Shown here piece after piece: positions 33,213 to 46,972 of a stretch of DNA of 64,000 nt. The notes beneath the pieces were generated by a model. That model had not been told where the DNA came from. It made no database searches and saw nothing but the letters and a program-made list of their open reading frames with translations. The position numbers and the translations under genes are program-made. The stretch is from Flaccisagitta enflata (taxonomy: Eukaryota): contig OZ231126.1 in NCBI GenBank assembly GCA_965153355.1, forward strand, positions 23,436,001-23,500,000. The letters are read 5' to 3'. How positions within the stretch are numbered: the first letter of the stretch is position 1; each line of letters starts with the position of its first letter.

Positions 33213-34153
33213 CTACTCGACTAAAAAAAAAGCAAAAAAACGCCACCCTATTTTGAGTTAATGATTAGGAAAAAGAAATCCTTTTAATATCTTTTCTGTT
33301 GAAGTGATTTTAAAGATTTTTAAATTTCTTTTCATTCTAAACGAAACCCCATATCTGTATCTCAAACGGTTTGGGAGCTAGAGCTCATCAAAATTATCCT
33401 CTAATTTGTAAAAATGCTTATTTTTCAATGGGATTGCAAATTGATAATGATAATGTTTCTACTCATTCTTACGCCATTTCTAAATAAGAAAAGCTAGAAT
33501 TGTCATATTAGAGCCAAATAAAAGATCTTTTTAAGAGCTTTGTTATGGTCAAAGACTGAGCCGGACTTAGCTACCGCGGGGCCCTAGGCTTAACAGCTAC
33601 CGCGGGGCCCCCTAGCCCCCCCCCCTTGCCACCTCCCTCCTTTGCTGCCCCCGCCCTCTTTACCACCCCCCTCCTCTTATAACTAGTCGAGCTAAACTAG
33701 AAAGGCATTTAATGTTCTAAGCATAGGAACCTACAGATAAATCCCACTCCAATTATTTTAAAGGACTAAGAAATTTCTTCTTAAAATGGAAATCTGCCAA
33801 TATATAAGAGTGAATACCTAGGATTCTAAGATGTTAGGATGGTGTGACAAAAAAAACACAAAAATTTTTTTTCTTCCTTTCTTTTTTTTTTTTTTGTGTT
33901 TTTTTTTTCTTTCTTTCTCTCTTTCTTTCATTGTTTCTTTGTTTTTTTCTTTCCTTTCTCTTCCTTTTCCCTCCCCTTTTTCTCAGGGGGTGGGGGCTGT
34001 ACCGCGGGGCCCCCCTTACCGCGGGGCCCTAGGCTTAAGCCTTTTAAGCCTATTGGGAAGTCCGGCTCAGGTCAAAGATTTTTATTAGTTATTCTAAAAT
34101 TCAATATGACAAATTGCCTTTTAAAAGTACGGCTTTTTTATTGAGTCGAATAG
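33213..34153. mobile_element. Tc1/mariner-type MITE hosting a nested hAT MITE
   Basis: CTACTCGACT / AGTCGAATAG termini with TA flanks. Confidence 0.6.
33556..34070. mobile_element. hAT-superfamily MITE
   Basis: TIRs CTGAGCCGGACTT / AAGTCCGGCTCAG, exact 8-bp TSD GTCAAAGA and TACCGCGGGGCCC subterminal repeats. Same TIR family as 22100-23495. Confidence 0.92.
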
Positions 34154-35350
34154 TAGATTGCTCGCAAATTTGAAGGGCTTTCATTTGGTCAACATTTTTT
34201 TATGATTGGGCTAATATAACCGGGGATATTGGTTAAAACATGAGTAATGATTATTTCTGCGAAGATAGTATGGCGAGGTAACAATATTGTGAATGGGTTT
34301 CAACCTAATACACGCAGAAACACAGACACACACAACTATTAATACATACATAGGCACACACAGTGACACACACACCCATTAAAACATACAAAGACACACA
34401 CACACACGCATACATAAACTTACATACTGGTATGTAGTAAAGCTCCAAAATTTGCCATGTCTGCCTTGCATTTCAAGAATGAATGAAGATGAAGATTAGC
34501 TCATTCTCGAACGAATGAAGATGAAGATTAGCTCATTCTCGATAATCTTTTAACTGTATGAGTTTTCGATGTCTTTTTAGTTTTAACTGTACAAGTTTAT
34601 GGCTTTTTAGTTTACACAAGTATATATGGGACCTCAATGGAAATAAGTAGTCCACGAACCACTTTGTTGAGCTATCCCCAGCCATGCCATAAGGTACTTG
34701 ATTCTGTGCGTGTACTGTCATTGCTGAAATAAATTGTACTTTTACTTTACATTTAGACCAAATCGCGTAAATAGTGATAACCATAAAAAAATCGCTAGTT
34801 TCAACTACATTAGTTTATTCTTGAAAAAGGCTTCAAAATTACAGTCCCCGACTGGGGACTGTAATTTTTGAAGCTTTCTCGTTGCTTAAACGCAACTCGA
34901 TGAGATACACGACAAGACAGCAATTTCAAGAAGAAAAAAAATAAAAAAAATATTTAGTATTGTTTTATTGATGACAAAACTTGATAATGATAACAATAGT
35001 GGATGATGATGATGACAACAATGAATGATAATAACAACAAAAATCTAAGAAAAGAATATTCAAAAAAATTTTCAAAAAAATTTTCAAAAAAATTTTAAAA
35101 AAAAAAATTTCAAAAAAAAAATTTTTTCTCAAAAATTTTCAAAGAATTTTCTAAAATTTTTTAAAAGATTTTTCAAAAACTTTCAAAATTTTCAAAAAAT
35201 TTTTTCAAAAAAAATTTCAAAATTTTCAAATAAATTTTTCATGAAAATTTTCAAAAAAATTTTCAAAAAAAATTTTCAAAAAGAATTTTCAAAAAAGTTT
35301 TCCAAAAATTTTTCCAAAAATTGAAAAATTTCAAAAAATTTTTAAAAATT

Positions 35351-35880
35351 CAGTAGTTGAAGATGATGACAGTGGTCGAGGATGATGACAGTAGATGAAT
35401 ATGATGACAGTAGTTGAAGATGATGACAGTAGTGGAAGATGATGACAGTAGTGGAAGATGATGACAGTAGTGGAAGATGATGACAGTAGTGGAAGATGAT
35501 GACAGTAGTGGAAGATGATGACAGTAGTGGAAGATGATGACAGTAGTGGAAGATGATGACAGTAGTGGAAGATGATGACAGTAGTTGAAGATGATGACAG
35601 TAGTTGAAGATGATGACAGTAGTTGAAGATGATGACAGTAGTTGAAGATGATGACAGTAGTTGAAGATGATGACAGTGGTTGAGGATGATGACCATGGTT
35701 GAGGATGATGACAGTGGTTGAAGATGATGACAGTAGTTGGAGATGATGACAGTAGTTGGAGATGATGACAGTAGTTGGAGATGATGACAGTAGTTGAAGA
35801 TGATGACAGTAGTTGAAGATGATGACAGTAGTTGAAGATGATGACAGTAGTTGAAGATGATGACAGTAGTTGAAGATGAA
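35351..35880. repeat. 19-bp minisatellite GATGATGACAGTAG(T/G)TGAA, about 28 copies
   Basis: Direct reading. Sequence variants are clustered in blocks. Confidence 0.95.
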
Positions 35881-35979
35881 TCTTGAAATCCATGATGGCA
35901 AACCTAAAGAAAAATCAGAAAGTAATAAATGAGCAAGTAAAAGAATTTATCAACTCCAATCCTCTATATAAATCGCCAA

Positions 35980-36510
35980 AGTCCTACTAACATATTACTA
36001 CAATAATAAGCTAATATCTTATAAACCAGACTTCAGATTTAATTCGAATTTTGCAGGGGCAGTTCAATTAATATCCTTTACTTGTATACCAAATTAAAAA
36101 AGAATTCACATAACTTTGCTACCCTTTGCCTATGTAAACTGCCTAAGTCAAAGTAACATATTACTACATAAATAAGCTAATATCTCATAAACCAGACTTC
36201 AGATTTAATTCGAATTTTGCAGGGGTTATTTATTCACTACCCACTACTAGTGTACCAAATTAGAAAAAAAATTCACATACCTTTACTACCCTTTGCCTAT
36301 GTAAATTGACTAAGTCCTAGCAACATACTACTACATAGATAAGCTAATATCTCATAAACCAGACTTCAGATTTAATTCGAATTTTGCAGGGGTTGTTTAT
36401 TTACTACCCTCTGCTTGTATACTAAATTAAAAAAAAATTCATAAACCTTTACTACCCTCTACCTATGTAAACCACCTAAGTCCCAGCTAAATATTACTAC
36501 AAAAATAATA
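35980..36510. repeat. About 167-bp tandem repeat, about 3 copies
   Basis: The anchor AAGCTAATATCT recurs at 36008, 36174 and 36341. Confidence 0.9.
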
Positions 36511-39500
36511 GGCAAAGGGTAGTAAAAGTTTATGAATTTTTTTGAAAATTGGTACACAAGCTCCCATTGACATAATAATAACACTGGTAAAGTTTCATGA
36601 ACTTCTGAAGTCTGGATCCAAAGATATGAGAAGGTCTTAAACGCACTTACCCACTCACCCACTCACAAACAGACTTACACGATCAGGTCCACCTCATAGT
36701 CCACCGACGAAAACTGTTCGTCGGGGACAAAAATATCTATCATTCTTAAGGCTTTTTTTTATTTTGCCCTCCAGACCTCAAATCCTTCTTCATGACATAT
36801 TCCTCCTCTGGACGACTGGAAATTCATCCCTGTGTCCTACAGAACATCGTCCCTTTGGAGCCGCTGCCCTCTCACTCCACTACTTCACTTGATCACTCTG
36901 ATATAAGGAGGGCAATGGGTACCGCTGATTACTTTAAAAAGAGTGCTTCTTTTTAACTGAAGATATACTTATTTCCTAAGTAGTACAATAGATGCAAAAC
37001 CACAGTTCCTTCAATTTGAATTCTTTCATTTCCTTTGTCGGCTTTAACGTAATTCCACCTATAACAGATAAGACTTGTTTGTCCCCTGAAAACTGTTAGA
37101 GAGAGATTAAACTGTTTTTATATTTTCATGTATTTTTTTTTTCTATTTTCCACCTTGGCAATACACTCTTTTTATTGAGTAAGGACAAAGTTTATAAGGA
37201 CATCGAGGCTGAAATTTTGCCAAAAATTAAGGACATTTTAAGGACAAAGCCCAGCCTCAGATTTTTAAAAAATATTTTTAGATTTACAATTTAGATTGAT
37301 TTTACGCAAATTTAAGAAGAAATTATCTTATCTTGTTTAATAACATATTTTTTATGTGTTAAAGAAGTGACTATCATATTCAATTTGTATCAACTCATAC
37401 TGTACATAAATTATTCCGATGAGCATAATATAATTGGGAGAAAATCATAGAAAAAAATTAAGGACACCCTAAGAACATTTCTGCCTGAAATTTGCAAAAA
37501 TTTAAGGACATCCCAGGCTCAGAAAAAATTTACTGGTCCTTAAAAACTGAAAAGAGTGTAATAGATATCTGTCCGTAAACTAAACAAGGCGAGGTACACA
37601 GTGGGTGGGTGAGCAGGGTCTGTATTTGACGTCACCTGAATACAGTTGAGCTTCACTAGAGCGCATGCCAAGGGATTGGGCCAAATATAGAAATAACTAC
37701 AAAATTTTTCAAGAGATGGTAAGTAAGATGTTTTATAAGCGGGCATGATTTATTAGCGGGTGCGCTCTAGCGATGCTCTAGTGTATCTATATTTGGGTGG
37801 GAGCAGTGTGGCAAAAGACTGCAAAAACACAAAAAGTAACACAAAAGGAACTAATTGACCAACAGATGGACAAAGCCAAGTGTAGAGTGGTGTTACATGT
37901 TTATTGATCATATAATGTCCATAATCACGGGGTTCAACTGTAAATGCCTCAGTCGAAAATTTGACCTAAGATGGATATAGAGGGAGCCACCATGGGAAAC
38001 TAGCGATTTTTGTTCTTTTATTATTTGTAAAGTCACAAACACGCAAGGGACCTAAGAGGCCGCTAGACGTTCCTTTAGAGCAAGTTTTATCAATGATGAA
38101 ACAAAAGTCTCTCGTTTGGGTGTTCAAAACTTTTGCTCTCTGTATTGCTACAGCCACTTACCATTCTCAGCTTAGAATCTCAGTGTCCTTAGTTTCAGCC
38201 TTTCAGAATCTTCCAACCTTGTTCATCGATATAAGAACGGATCATTAAAAATTTAGGTGTATGCACTGTATATGACTTTCAGGCTTTCCCTATTAGAGCC
38301 AAGAGTTCACCGTACATTTTGTCGTCGCGTACATTTTATCTTTTATAAGAACCTTGTTTACAAGAACATAAAAGATAAAAGTGTATGCACTCTTGTTTGA
38401 TTTCACTTATTCATGATAATAAATGACAATCATATCTTGAGACTTGGGAGTGGCCAAATCATTTCATTTTATAATTGTCGCAAAAGCGTGAGATGGTCAG
38501 CGGTACCCATGCCCTGCCTAAGACGGCAAATTTTTGAAGGAAAATCAAGCGTTTCACCATAGCTTCTGCATCAGTATCAGGAAAATAACGGTACTCAAAT
38601 GTTTTTTAGAAGACAAATTGTCTCTAGAGACACTTGGTGTATATATTTTTTTCATATTCTGTAATTCTAACTATGCAATTTACATAAAAATAGACAAGGA
38701 AATCAAGGTCTTTGGTGAAATCTTGTTTACATTTTTTTATTCTTGCCTGCGGTTGAAATTATATTACTCTCTAATGAAGGGAAATTTTGCATTTTCAAAA
38801 ACATAGTTCTCTCTGTAAATGATTTTTAAAGAGAACTATGTTTTTCGTTTTTTCATTTATCCATTTTCTATGCAAATTTATAATTTCAACGGGCCCTTGG
38901 TCACTAACTAAAACTGAAATTCTTAGTAATTTGCAGAAAAATTTCTTCTTTAATTTCATCATTATTAGGTAATTTTTTGTTGTTAAGTGCAAATCATGCA
39001 AAAAAATATCTATCTAAACATATTTCAATAATCATTTTTACAAAATCATTCAGTTTTATACAGCTTTATTTTTCAATTCTGGCCCCCGAGGAAACACAAA
39101 TGTTGCCTTCAGAAGACCACTGTCGTAAGTAGGTTTTGCTTGAAGTTGTAAGGAAGCAGGGCAGCAGTCCTAAAGGGGTTGATGACCTATGCTTTCACAT
39201 ATATGGGGAATTTTCAAGACTGAGATTTGAGGGGGGAGGGGGACAGAAAAGAAGGAGAAGAAAGAGAAGGAGGAGGAGGAGGAGAAGGAGAAAAAAATTC
39301 CCTACATATGTGAAAGCATAGGTCATATTAGCCTTCAAATTGTGAAAAATTGAAGATCATACTAAAAACATTGGTAGGTTTAGAAAAAATATATATTAAT
39401 ATCATATATGATGGTTAACATATCAGTTTTGTTACATGATATTTAATCGACAATGATATACATTTACTGTATCTATTAATCTATTACATTATCAGTTTCA

Positions 39501-39706
39501 ATACATATATACATATATACATATATACTGATACTGATAGATATGCTGATACATAATTTTTATCAGTTTCAATACATAGTTTTTTTTAATAATATTGGTC
39601 TTTATAAATTACACTTACAAACATTTAAGTGTTAAAGATAGCAAAACATTAAGAACATGGAAAGCTAGCTCAAAAAACGATGTTCTTATAAAATGTTATG
39701 AGTGTA

Positions 39707-39922
39707 AACAAGGCCGAATACACGGCTACCCAAGTCGCGTGCGGGTGGACAGGGGCAGTAATTGAGGTCACCAGATCATTTGGGCAGGAGCAGTGAAGCC
39801 AAAAATCCCAAAACCCCCCCCCAAAAAAATAAAGTGTGACCGACGGACAGTTGGACCGACGGACGGACCAACGGACGGACCGACAAAGCGGGGTGTAGAG
39901 TCGCGTAGCACGCGACTAAAAA
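39707..39922 (-). mobile_element. HINE-like element, subfamily A (full length)
   Basis: Same termini, subTIRs and (ACGG)n stretch as 29353-29556. Confidence 0.85.
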
Positions 39923-40025
39923 GTATAACTGTGCCGTCAAGGTCTTAAACATTCAATTGCAGGGGCTGAATTTGAAACAAACACACACACTCACACTCAC
40001 TCATTCACTCACTCACGCACACAAG

Positions 40026-40104
<79 letters not shown>

Positions 40105-40589
40105 CGGCCCGCCACAGCGATACACAGGACCCATCCAAAAGTCCATAGTCCGTACTGCATTGTACCACCACTAATCATAGTGTTTAACTGGTAACACTTA
40201 CGACTGACGCAGTTTTATTCGCTCGTTTTCGTCCGTGCATCAGCCCGTCAGTTTCTTACTCAGTCATACATTGCTTTCGAATTTTTTTGGCCCTGCCCCG
40301 TCTAACATCACCCTGCCCAGCCGAATACGACAGAGCCGGTCATTGGAGTAGTTGCGCATCTGTTACCCATGAAAGCGATAAAGCCATGAAGAATTGAGGA
40401 TGATGATTGCACGTGAATGAGTTGGTGAGACCAAGCACGAGGATGGTGATGATGACGATTGTACATCCGTTGAGAAGACCTTTTGTTGTCCGCCGAATTG
40501 TAATTGAGGCAATAAAATTGAGAATTGTCGAGATGCAGGAGGCGTTTGTGGTAGCGGGAGGTCACCCCATAGGAGACGATGGAACAGAG

Positions 40590-40690
<101 letters not shown>

Positions 40691-40779
40691 CACACAAACA
40701 TCTACACACAAAGAAACCGAAAAAACAAACAAACAAATACACACTCTCTCTCTCACACACACACACACAAACACACATA

Positions 40780-40932
<153 letters not shown>

Positions 40933-41086
40933 ATACACACACACGCACGTATGTACACACAAGCACGAATACTCGGAATAAGGAGAAACGCCAGCATCAC
41001 TAGGCGAAGGGACCAACGAACGAGAAAGTGTCAGCAACAGCAGTAGAAAATGAAACAGAAAGTCCTGACACAGAAACGAGGAAAGT

Positions 41087-41197
<111 letters not shown>

Positions 41198-41382
41198 CAG
41201 ACGCAGAGTGAGACGGAAAGGACGGGTGTGAGTGAAAGACGGACCGAGAGAGAGGATGTGAAGGGCCGCCAGTCTCGGCAGTCTCAAAGTTGGCACTGAT
41301 TTAATACCGAATGAGCCGATCAAAGACCTCTTTTCCGCCTTCAAAAGCAGACCGCTGTCGCGAACCAATGGTCATTCAATTG

Positions 41383-41435
<53 letters not shown>

Positions 41436-41461
41436 AGAGAAAGAGAAAGAGAAAGAGAAAG

Positions 41462-41536
<75 letters not shown>

Positions 41537-41617
41537 AGAGCGATGGAACTGGTATCATCCCATTGCCGGGAACCAGCTCTCAGTGTTAAAGTAAAAACAG
41601 TTAGTGAGTGAGTATAC

Positions 41618-42156
41618 AAACAGGTCGCCCAAGGGCAAAATGTGGTCAGCGATACCCGTTGCCCTGCTTTGCCTGATTGTGAATTGGAGTGAAGGGAAGC
41701 AGGGCAGCGGCCCCGAAGGGGACGATGTCCTGTAGAACACAGGGGGACTTTTGTTTGTCCGTTTGTCCGTCTGTCTCCCCCAGGCCCTCTCAGGCCTGAA
41801 ATCTGCCCTCTCAGGCCTAAAATCTGCCTTCTCAGGCTGGGAGGGGAAACATAAGGCCTGAGAGGGCCTGAGAGGGCGGATTTCAGACCTGAGAGGGCAA
41901 AATTCAGGCCTGAGAGGGCAGATTCAATGCCTGAGAGTGCAGATTTCAGAACTGAGAGGGCAGATTCAAGGCCTGAAAATGCCTATTTCAGGTCTGAGAG
42001 GGTAAATTTCAGTCCTGAGAGGGCAGATTTCAGGCCTGAGAGGGCCTGGGGGGGACGCACGAACGAACGAACGAACGAACAAACGCACGAACGGACGAAC
42101 GAAAGTCCCCCTGTGTTCTACAGGACATCGTCCCCTTCGGGGCCGCTGCCCAAAAA
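41618..42156 (-). mobile_element. Foldback HINE-like element with a 21-bp minisatellite (full length)
   Basis: Arm GGGCAGCGGCCCCGAAGGGGACGATGTCCTGTAGAACACAGGGGGACTTT at 41702 has its exact inverse ending at 42151. A head of about 85 bp contains TGGTCAGCGATACCC. Confidence 0.85.
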
Positions 42157-44091
42157 GCAGTAAGCTTACAAAGATGAGGCTGTTTTCTGCTTTTGAAGTT
42201 GCTAGACTAGGAATTCCACAAAATCTGAATAGGACGCACTGAAAATTACCATAGAATTTGCTACCCGAGCTAGATAAGTCATGAAATTTGTAAAATGAAA
42301 TTTAATGACAATTTTTGCTTTTATGTTTTCAAGTATACTGTCAACAGCCATATTTTGCATTAATTGACTTGCGTATGCCAGTTTTAAATCCCAATCCTAT
42401 ATCTTACAGCTGAAAAAATATGCGAAATACCATAGAAAACTATTTTTATCAATCTACCATAGCTCATTGAAAATTTTAAATTTGCATAGAAAATCAAAAT
42501 ATCAACAAAACAAGAACATAACGCGATTCCTAAAACATAAACTGAGGGCGCTATGTTCTTATTTTAATGATATTTGGATTTTTTATGCAAATTTAAAATT
42601 TTCAGTGAGCAGTTACTGAAATGATTGTCATTATTTTTTTCCCTTTTTAGTCTCATCAGAATCGAATTTCCTTCAATCTTTTAGGAAGTTTGTCATTTGA
42701 CAGTGACAAATCGGTTTTTCATATAAGTTTACACATTTAAGTACAAATAAATAAGCACAAGCATTGACCTGAGCAAAAATAGTGAAGTGAATGGTAACTT
42801 TATCCTCTGGGTAAATTCCTTTTACTTTAATTTCAGCTACAGGTAAATCCCGCTCCAACGGATTTCAGGGGTTTGATACAATTTATCTGTTACAGGCGGA
42901 ATTCTATGGGGGGGGGGGAATAAAATCAAAGGGTTTGGAGATGGGGAAAAAATCAAAAGCTTGAAAAACAAGGCCGGATACACGGCCATCAGTTGCGGAC
43001 GGGTGGGCAGGGGCGGATATGCGCGTTTTCCCACTTTTCAACTTGATCATTTTGGACCGACGGACACTTTTCGACTCGTAGTCACGGACGGACCGACCAA
43101 CGGACCGACGGACGGACGGACAAAGCCTCTTATAGAGTTGCGTGTCCGCATCTAAAAAGGAAAAAACACAATTTTTGAAGATTTCACACTTTTTGTAGTA
43201 CCAAAAGGTAAAATTTGATTACTACAACACAGTTTCATATCATTTAAACCTATGAATATACTGTTTTATTGCTTTGTGGGGAAGAAAATCTTAGATTTTG
43301 TTATGCGGCGCAATGCGTCGCGAGGAAGAAAATCAATGGCAGGGGGTAATAAGATCAAAAGCCGCTCAAGTATATACACCCCTGAGAAAATGTCGTAAAT
43401 TGATTTGTAACCATGCTCAATTCGAATATGTCGAAAACGTAGCCAAATACCAAAAGAAAAGAGTTCGTTAATGAGTTGGTGATCATGTGATTAAGTAGGT
43501 GTCTGTGTCCGTCGACATGTTTTGGTGTACGGAAACAAGCGCTTCATAGGGCAAATGTTGCGGTCCGTTAGGCAGGAGTATTTATACACTAAAGAATACT
43601 AACACTCACTGATGCACGACTCAAACCCATAAAAAAGACAAAAATAAAGCTAATTCAAAAATATTACGGATATTGAAAAATGTTTCGTACTGATGGACAT
43701 GTACGTTTGATCGCACGTACGGACAGACGGAATTCAGATATAAAAAAAAGAACGGAATTAATGAACTGAATTTTTGGTGCATCGGCTTTTTTGCTCTTAT
43801 CATCTGAGCGAGCTCAAAGGCCGGGCAGGTGTGAGATTTTTGTTATTGGCCAGGAACGGTGATGCGAAATTGCTTATATAGAAAATATGGAAAAAAATTA
43901 ATCAAGAGACGGACCGACGTAGATGGTCTGATGGACCTTTCTGTGCTTCGTCCACATTCAAAACTTCCAAAAGTTTCATCTCATTATTAGGGACCCATGA
44001 GTGAAAGATTTTCGCTTGCAACTGAAACAATTTTTTTAGATTCTTCAAACGATTTCTTTTCATCGGCAGGAAATCTGCCTATATAATAGGT

Positions 44092-44164
44092 TTTGCTAAA
44101 TTATTGGTATTGAGTTTCCCTCGAATGATTTTTGTTTCGTTTCGACCTCAATTAATCAGGTAAG

Positions 44165-44259
<95 letters not shown>

Positions 44260-44351
44260 TTGTTGTTTTTGCTTGGATAATTTGCTAAATTATTGGTATT
44301 GAGTTTCCCTCGAATGATTTTTGTTTCGACCTCAATTAATCAGGTAAGTGT

Positions 44352-44427
<76 letters not shown>

Positions 44428-44470
44428 GCTGTTGTTGTTGTTGTTGTTGTTGTTTTTGCTTGGATAATTT
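44092..44470. repeat. Tandem duplication of about 190 bp containing (GTT)n
   Basis: TTTGCTAAATTATTGGTATTGAG...CAGGTAAGT(GTT)n..GCTTGGATAA is present twice. Confidence 0.9.
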
Positions 44471-45112
44471 TTAGTTGTTGACACGCAAGAGGCTTCGTCC
44501 GTCCGTCGGTCCGTAATGATCGAGTCGAAAAGTGGAAAAACGAGTATGTTTTTGTGTCGAGTGGGAGTTCGGGTGTGGATAGGGGTTGTTAGGTAATCGC
44601 GATGAGATTAAACCCCGAGGTGCTCGAGTCGGCTCAGGGGTGCATACTTGACGGTATGTTTTCCCCCTCATGTGCTCAAAACCCCTGTACCCGATCGTTT
44701 TTGATTACTTTTATAATATTACTACCTAGAACTAAAGAGATTTGGGATTTTTGATCCATTTTAGGGACCGCGAGTTCCATTTATTTATCACCACTCCAAG
44801 GTGGTTGTGGTGAAAATGTTGAAATTTGGTCACTTTGGGCTCAAAATTGGGCCACTTTAGTTTGGAAATTTGACCCGAAATCTGTGAGATTATGAAACTA
44901 GAGCTCAAGAGCTAACCAGTGGTGCAATCCGCATGTTGCCATCATTTTTTGTTAAGATTTGAGAGCTTTTCAAAGATGGAAGGGTATGAGGGTTATTTTA
45001 CCAATTGAATTTGGTGGTCAATTTTGACATTTTTTACATTTTTTGTTATATCTCCACTTTGGATAGACAAATCTGGATGAAATTGGTGACCAAATTGAAG
45101 AGTTTTTGATGC

Positions 45113-45648
45113 TCTAACTGAATCTGGTAAAATTTTTGATCAATATGACCCTCAAAATTTTTGGGAGACTCTAGAAGCAGGTGCTAAAAAGTGATTTTTT
45201 TCACCATTTTGGCTACTTTGGTCAAAGAATTTGGGCACTTCCGAGATAGAAAATGACAAAAAATCAGTGGGCAAATTAAACTACTGTTCAAGATCTAACA
45301 AATGGTGCAATCGGCATGTTGATATGTTGAAGCATATAGATTTGGCAGAGCTTTTAGGCTCATAATGATCAAAAAATGTCTTTTTATTATACCCACTGAT
45401 CTTTGAAGCTTTGCCAAATCTATATGCTTTAACCTATTGACATACCGATTGCACCATTGGTTAGATCTTGAACAGTAGTTTAATTTGCCCACTGATTTTT
45501 TGTCATTTTCTATCTCAGAAGTGCCCAAACTTTTTGACCAAAGTAGCCAAAATGGTGAAAAAAAAATCATTTTTTAGCACCTGCTTGTAAAGTCTCCCAA
45601 AAATTTTGAGGGTCATATCGATCCAAAATTTTACCAGATTCAGTTAGA
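45113..45648. repeat. Long inverted repeat (about 240-bp arms, 52-bp spacer) within a probable DNA transposon (about 44590-45743)
   Basis: 45113-45353 is the reverse complement of 45406-45648 with scattered substitutions. Confidence 0.9.
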
Positions 45649-45942
45649 CGAGCGACATGACAAACAAAAACAATAATCCTCAGGCGACCCCGAGAAACCC
45701 CAAGCAACCCCCGTGGTTAAGTCTCAAATTTCGGTCGCGAACTAGTGATTCTATAAGAGGCTTTGTCCGTCTGTACGTCCGTCCGGTGGTGCGCAATGAT
45801 TGAGTCGAAAAGGGGAAAAAACGAGCATTCTAGGTGATACTATGTGTGGAGGTTTGGATTGGTTGGACGCCTCTGCCCACTCGTTCGCGACAATATTGCA
45901 ATCCCGTGCCACTGGTTAGTCGCATGCTACGTGACTGTACAC

Positions 45943-46281
45943 TAGGGTGACTGAAAATATGGTCATATATGAATCTGGTCTCCCTCGCGGGAGAAATGAT
46001 ACCATTTCCATCACAGATGATTACCCTAAAATCTGATGGCAATCAAATGAAGTTTACTCATGGCCGCAACCCCCCCTCATTTCCCATAAAAAATGTACAG
46101 GAAGGATTTTGGCCTCTGCAGCTTTCTATCTTTTATAATGGGAATGGGGTGGGGTTGCGGCCATGAGTAAACTTTGTCTGATCATCTCCAGATTTTAGAG
46201 TTATCATCTATGATGGAAATGGTCACATTTCTCCCGCAAGGAAGACGAGATTCGGATTTGACCATATTTTAAGTCACCCTA
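45943..46281. mobile_element. hAT-type foldback MITE nested in a HINE terminus
   Basis: TAGGGTGACT / AGTCACCCTA termini, near-palindromic over its whole length, exact 8-bp TSD CTGTACAC. Confidence 0.92.
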
Positions 46282-46664
46282 CTGTACACCCTGCTTTCTC
46301 CGTCCGCCCGTCCGTCCGTCCATCCGTCCATCGGTAGGTCGGTCGCCATTTTAATTATTCGGCGTTCTTTAGTTGTTTTAGCTCACTACTCCTGACCAAA
46401 CGCCCTTCTATCACTGCCCCTGCCCAATCGCACAGATTACTCGGTGGGTTGTGTTACTAAACTAGCTTTTGTTCGCCACCCGAGGAGACAGGCAGGGAAA
46501 AGAGTTGGACAGATATTACCTTTTGGCTTGGCAGTCAGTCAAACTTTATTAGTTTATTGCTCTTCGGGCCTCGCAAAGTTGACTTTCGACATTTCATTGG
46601 GGGTGACTCTCAGCGCAGTGGCCCGTGACAAACGCTCTCGTTGTTTCAAGTTTTATATTTACCG

Positions 46665-46736
<72 letters not shown>

Positions 46737-46751
46737 TTGTTTTTGTTGTTT

Positions 46752-46797
<46 letters not shown>

Positions 46798-46820
46798 CGT
46801 TGTCGTCGTCGTCGTCGTCG

Positions 46821-46851
<31 letters not shown>

Positions 46852-46919
46852 CTTTATTGTTGTGTTAGATCGATGTAGTTGTCCTATTCGTCGTAGTCGT
46901 CGTCGTTCTTGTTTTTGTT

Positions 46920-46972
<53 letters not shown>

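Larger units (their letters stand above)
34912..36733 (-). mobile_element. Large Helentron-type non-autonomous element carrying tandem repeats
   Basis: One end is ACAAG. The other end has a (CACT/CACC)-like microsatellite and the hairpin GTCCACCGACGAA..TTCGTCGGGGAC before an A run. Encloses 19-bp and about 167-bp arrays. Confidence 0.55.

Noticed and set aside
35331-35901. 183-aa repeat ORFs, and a possible CRISPR-like array
   Set aside because: A 19-bp head-to-tail minisatellite with no unique spacers. The ORFs are artefacts of a stop-free unit.
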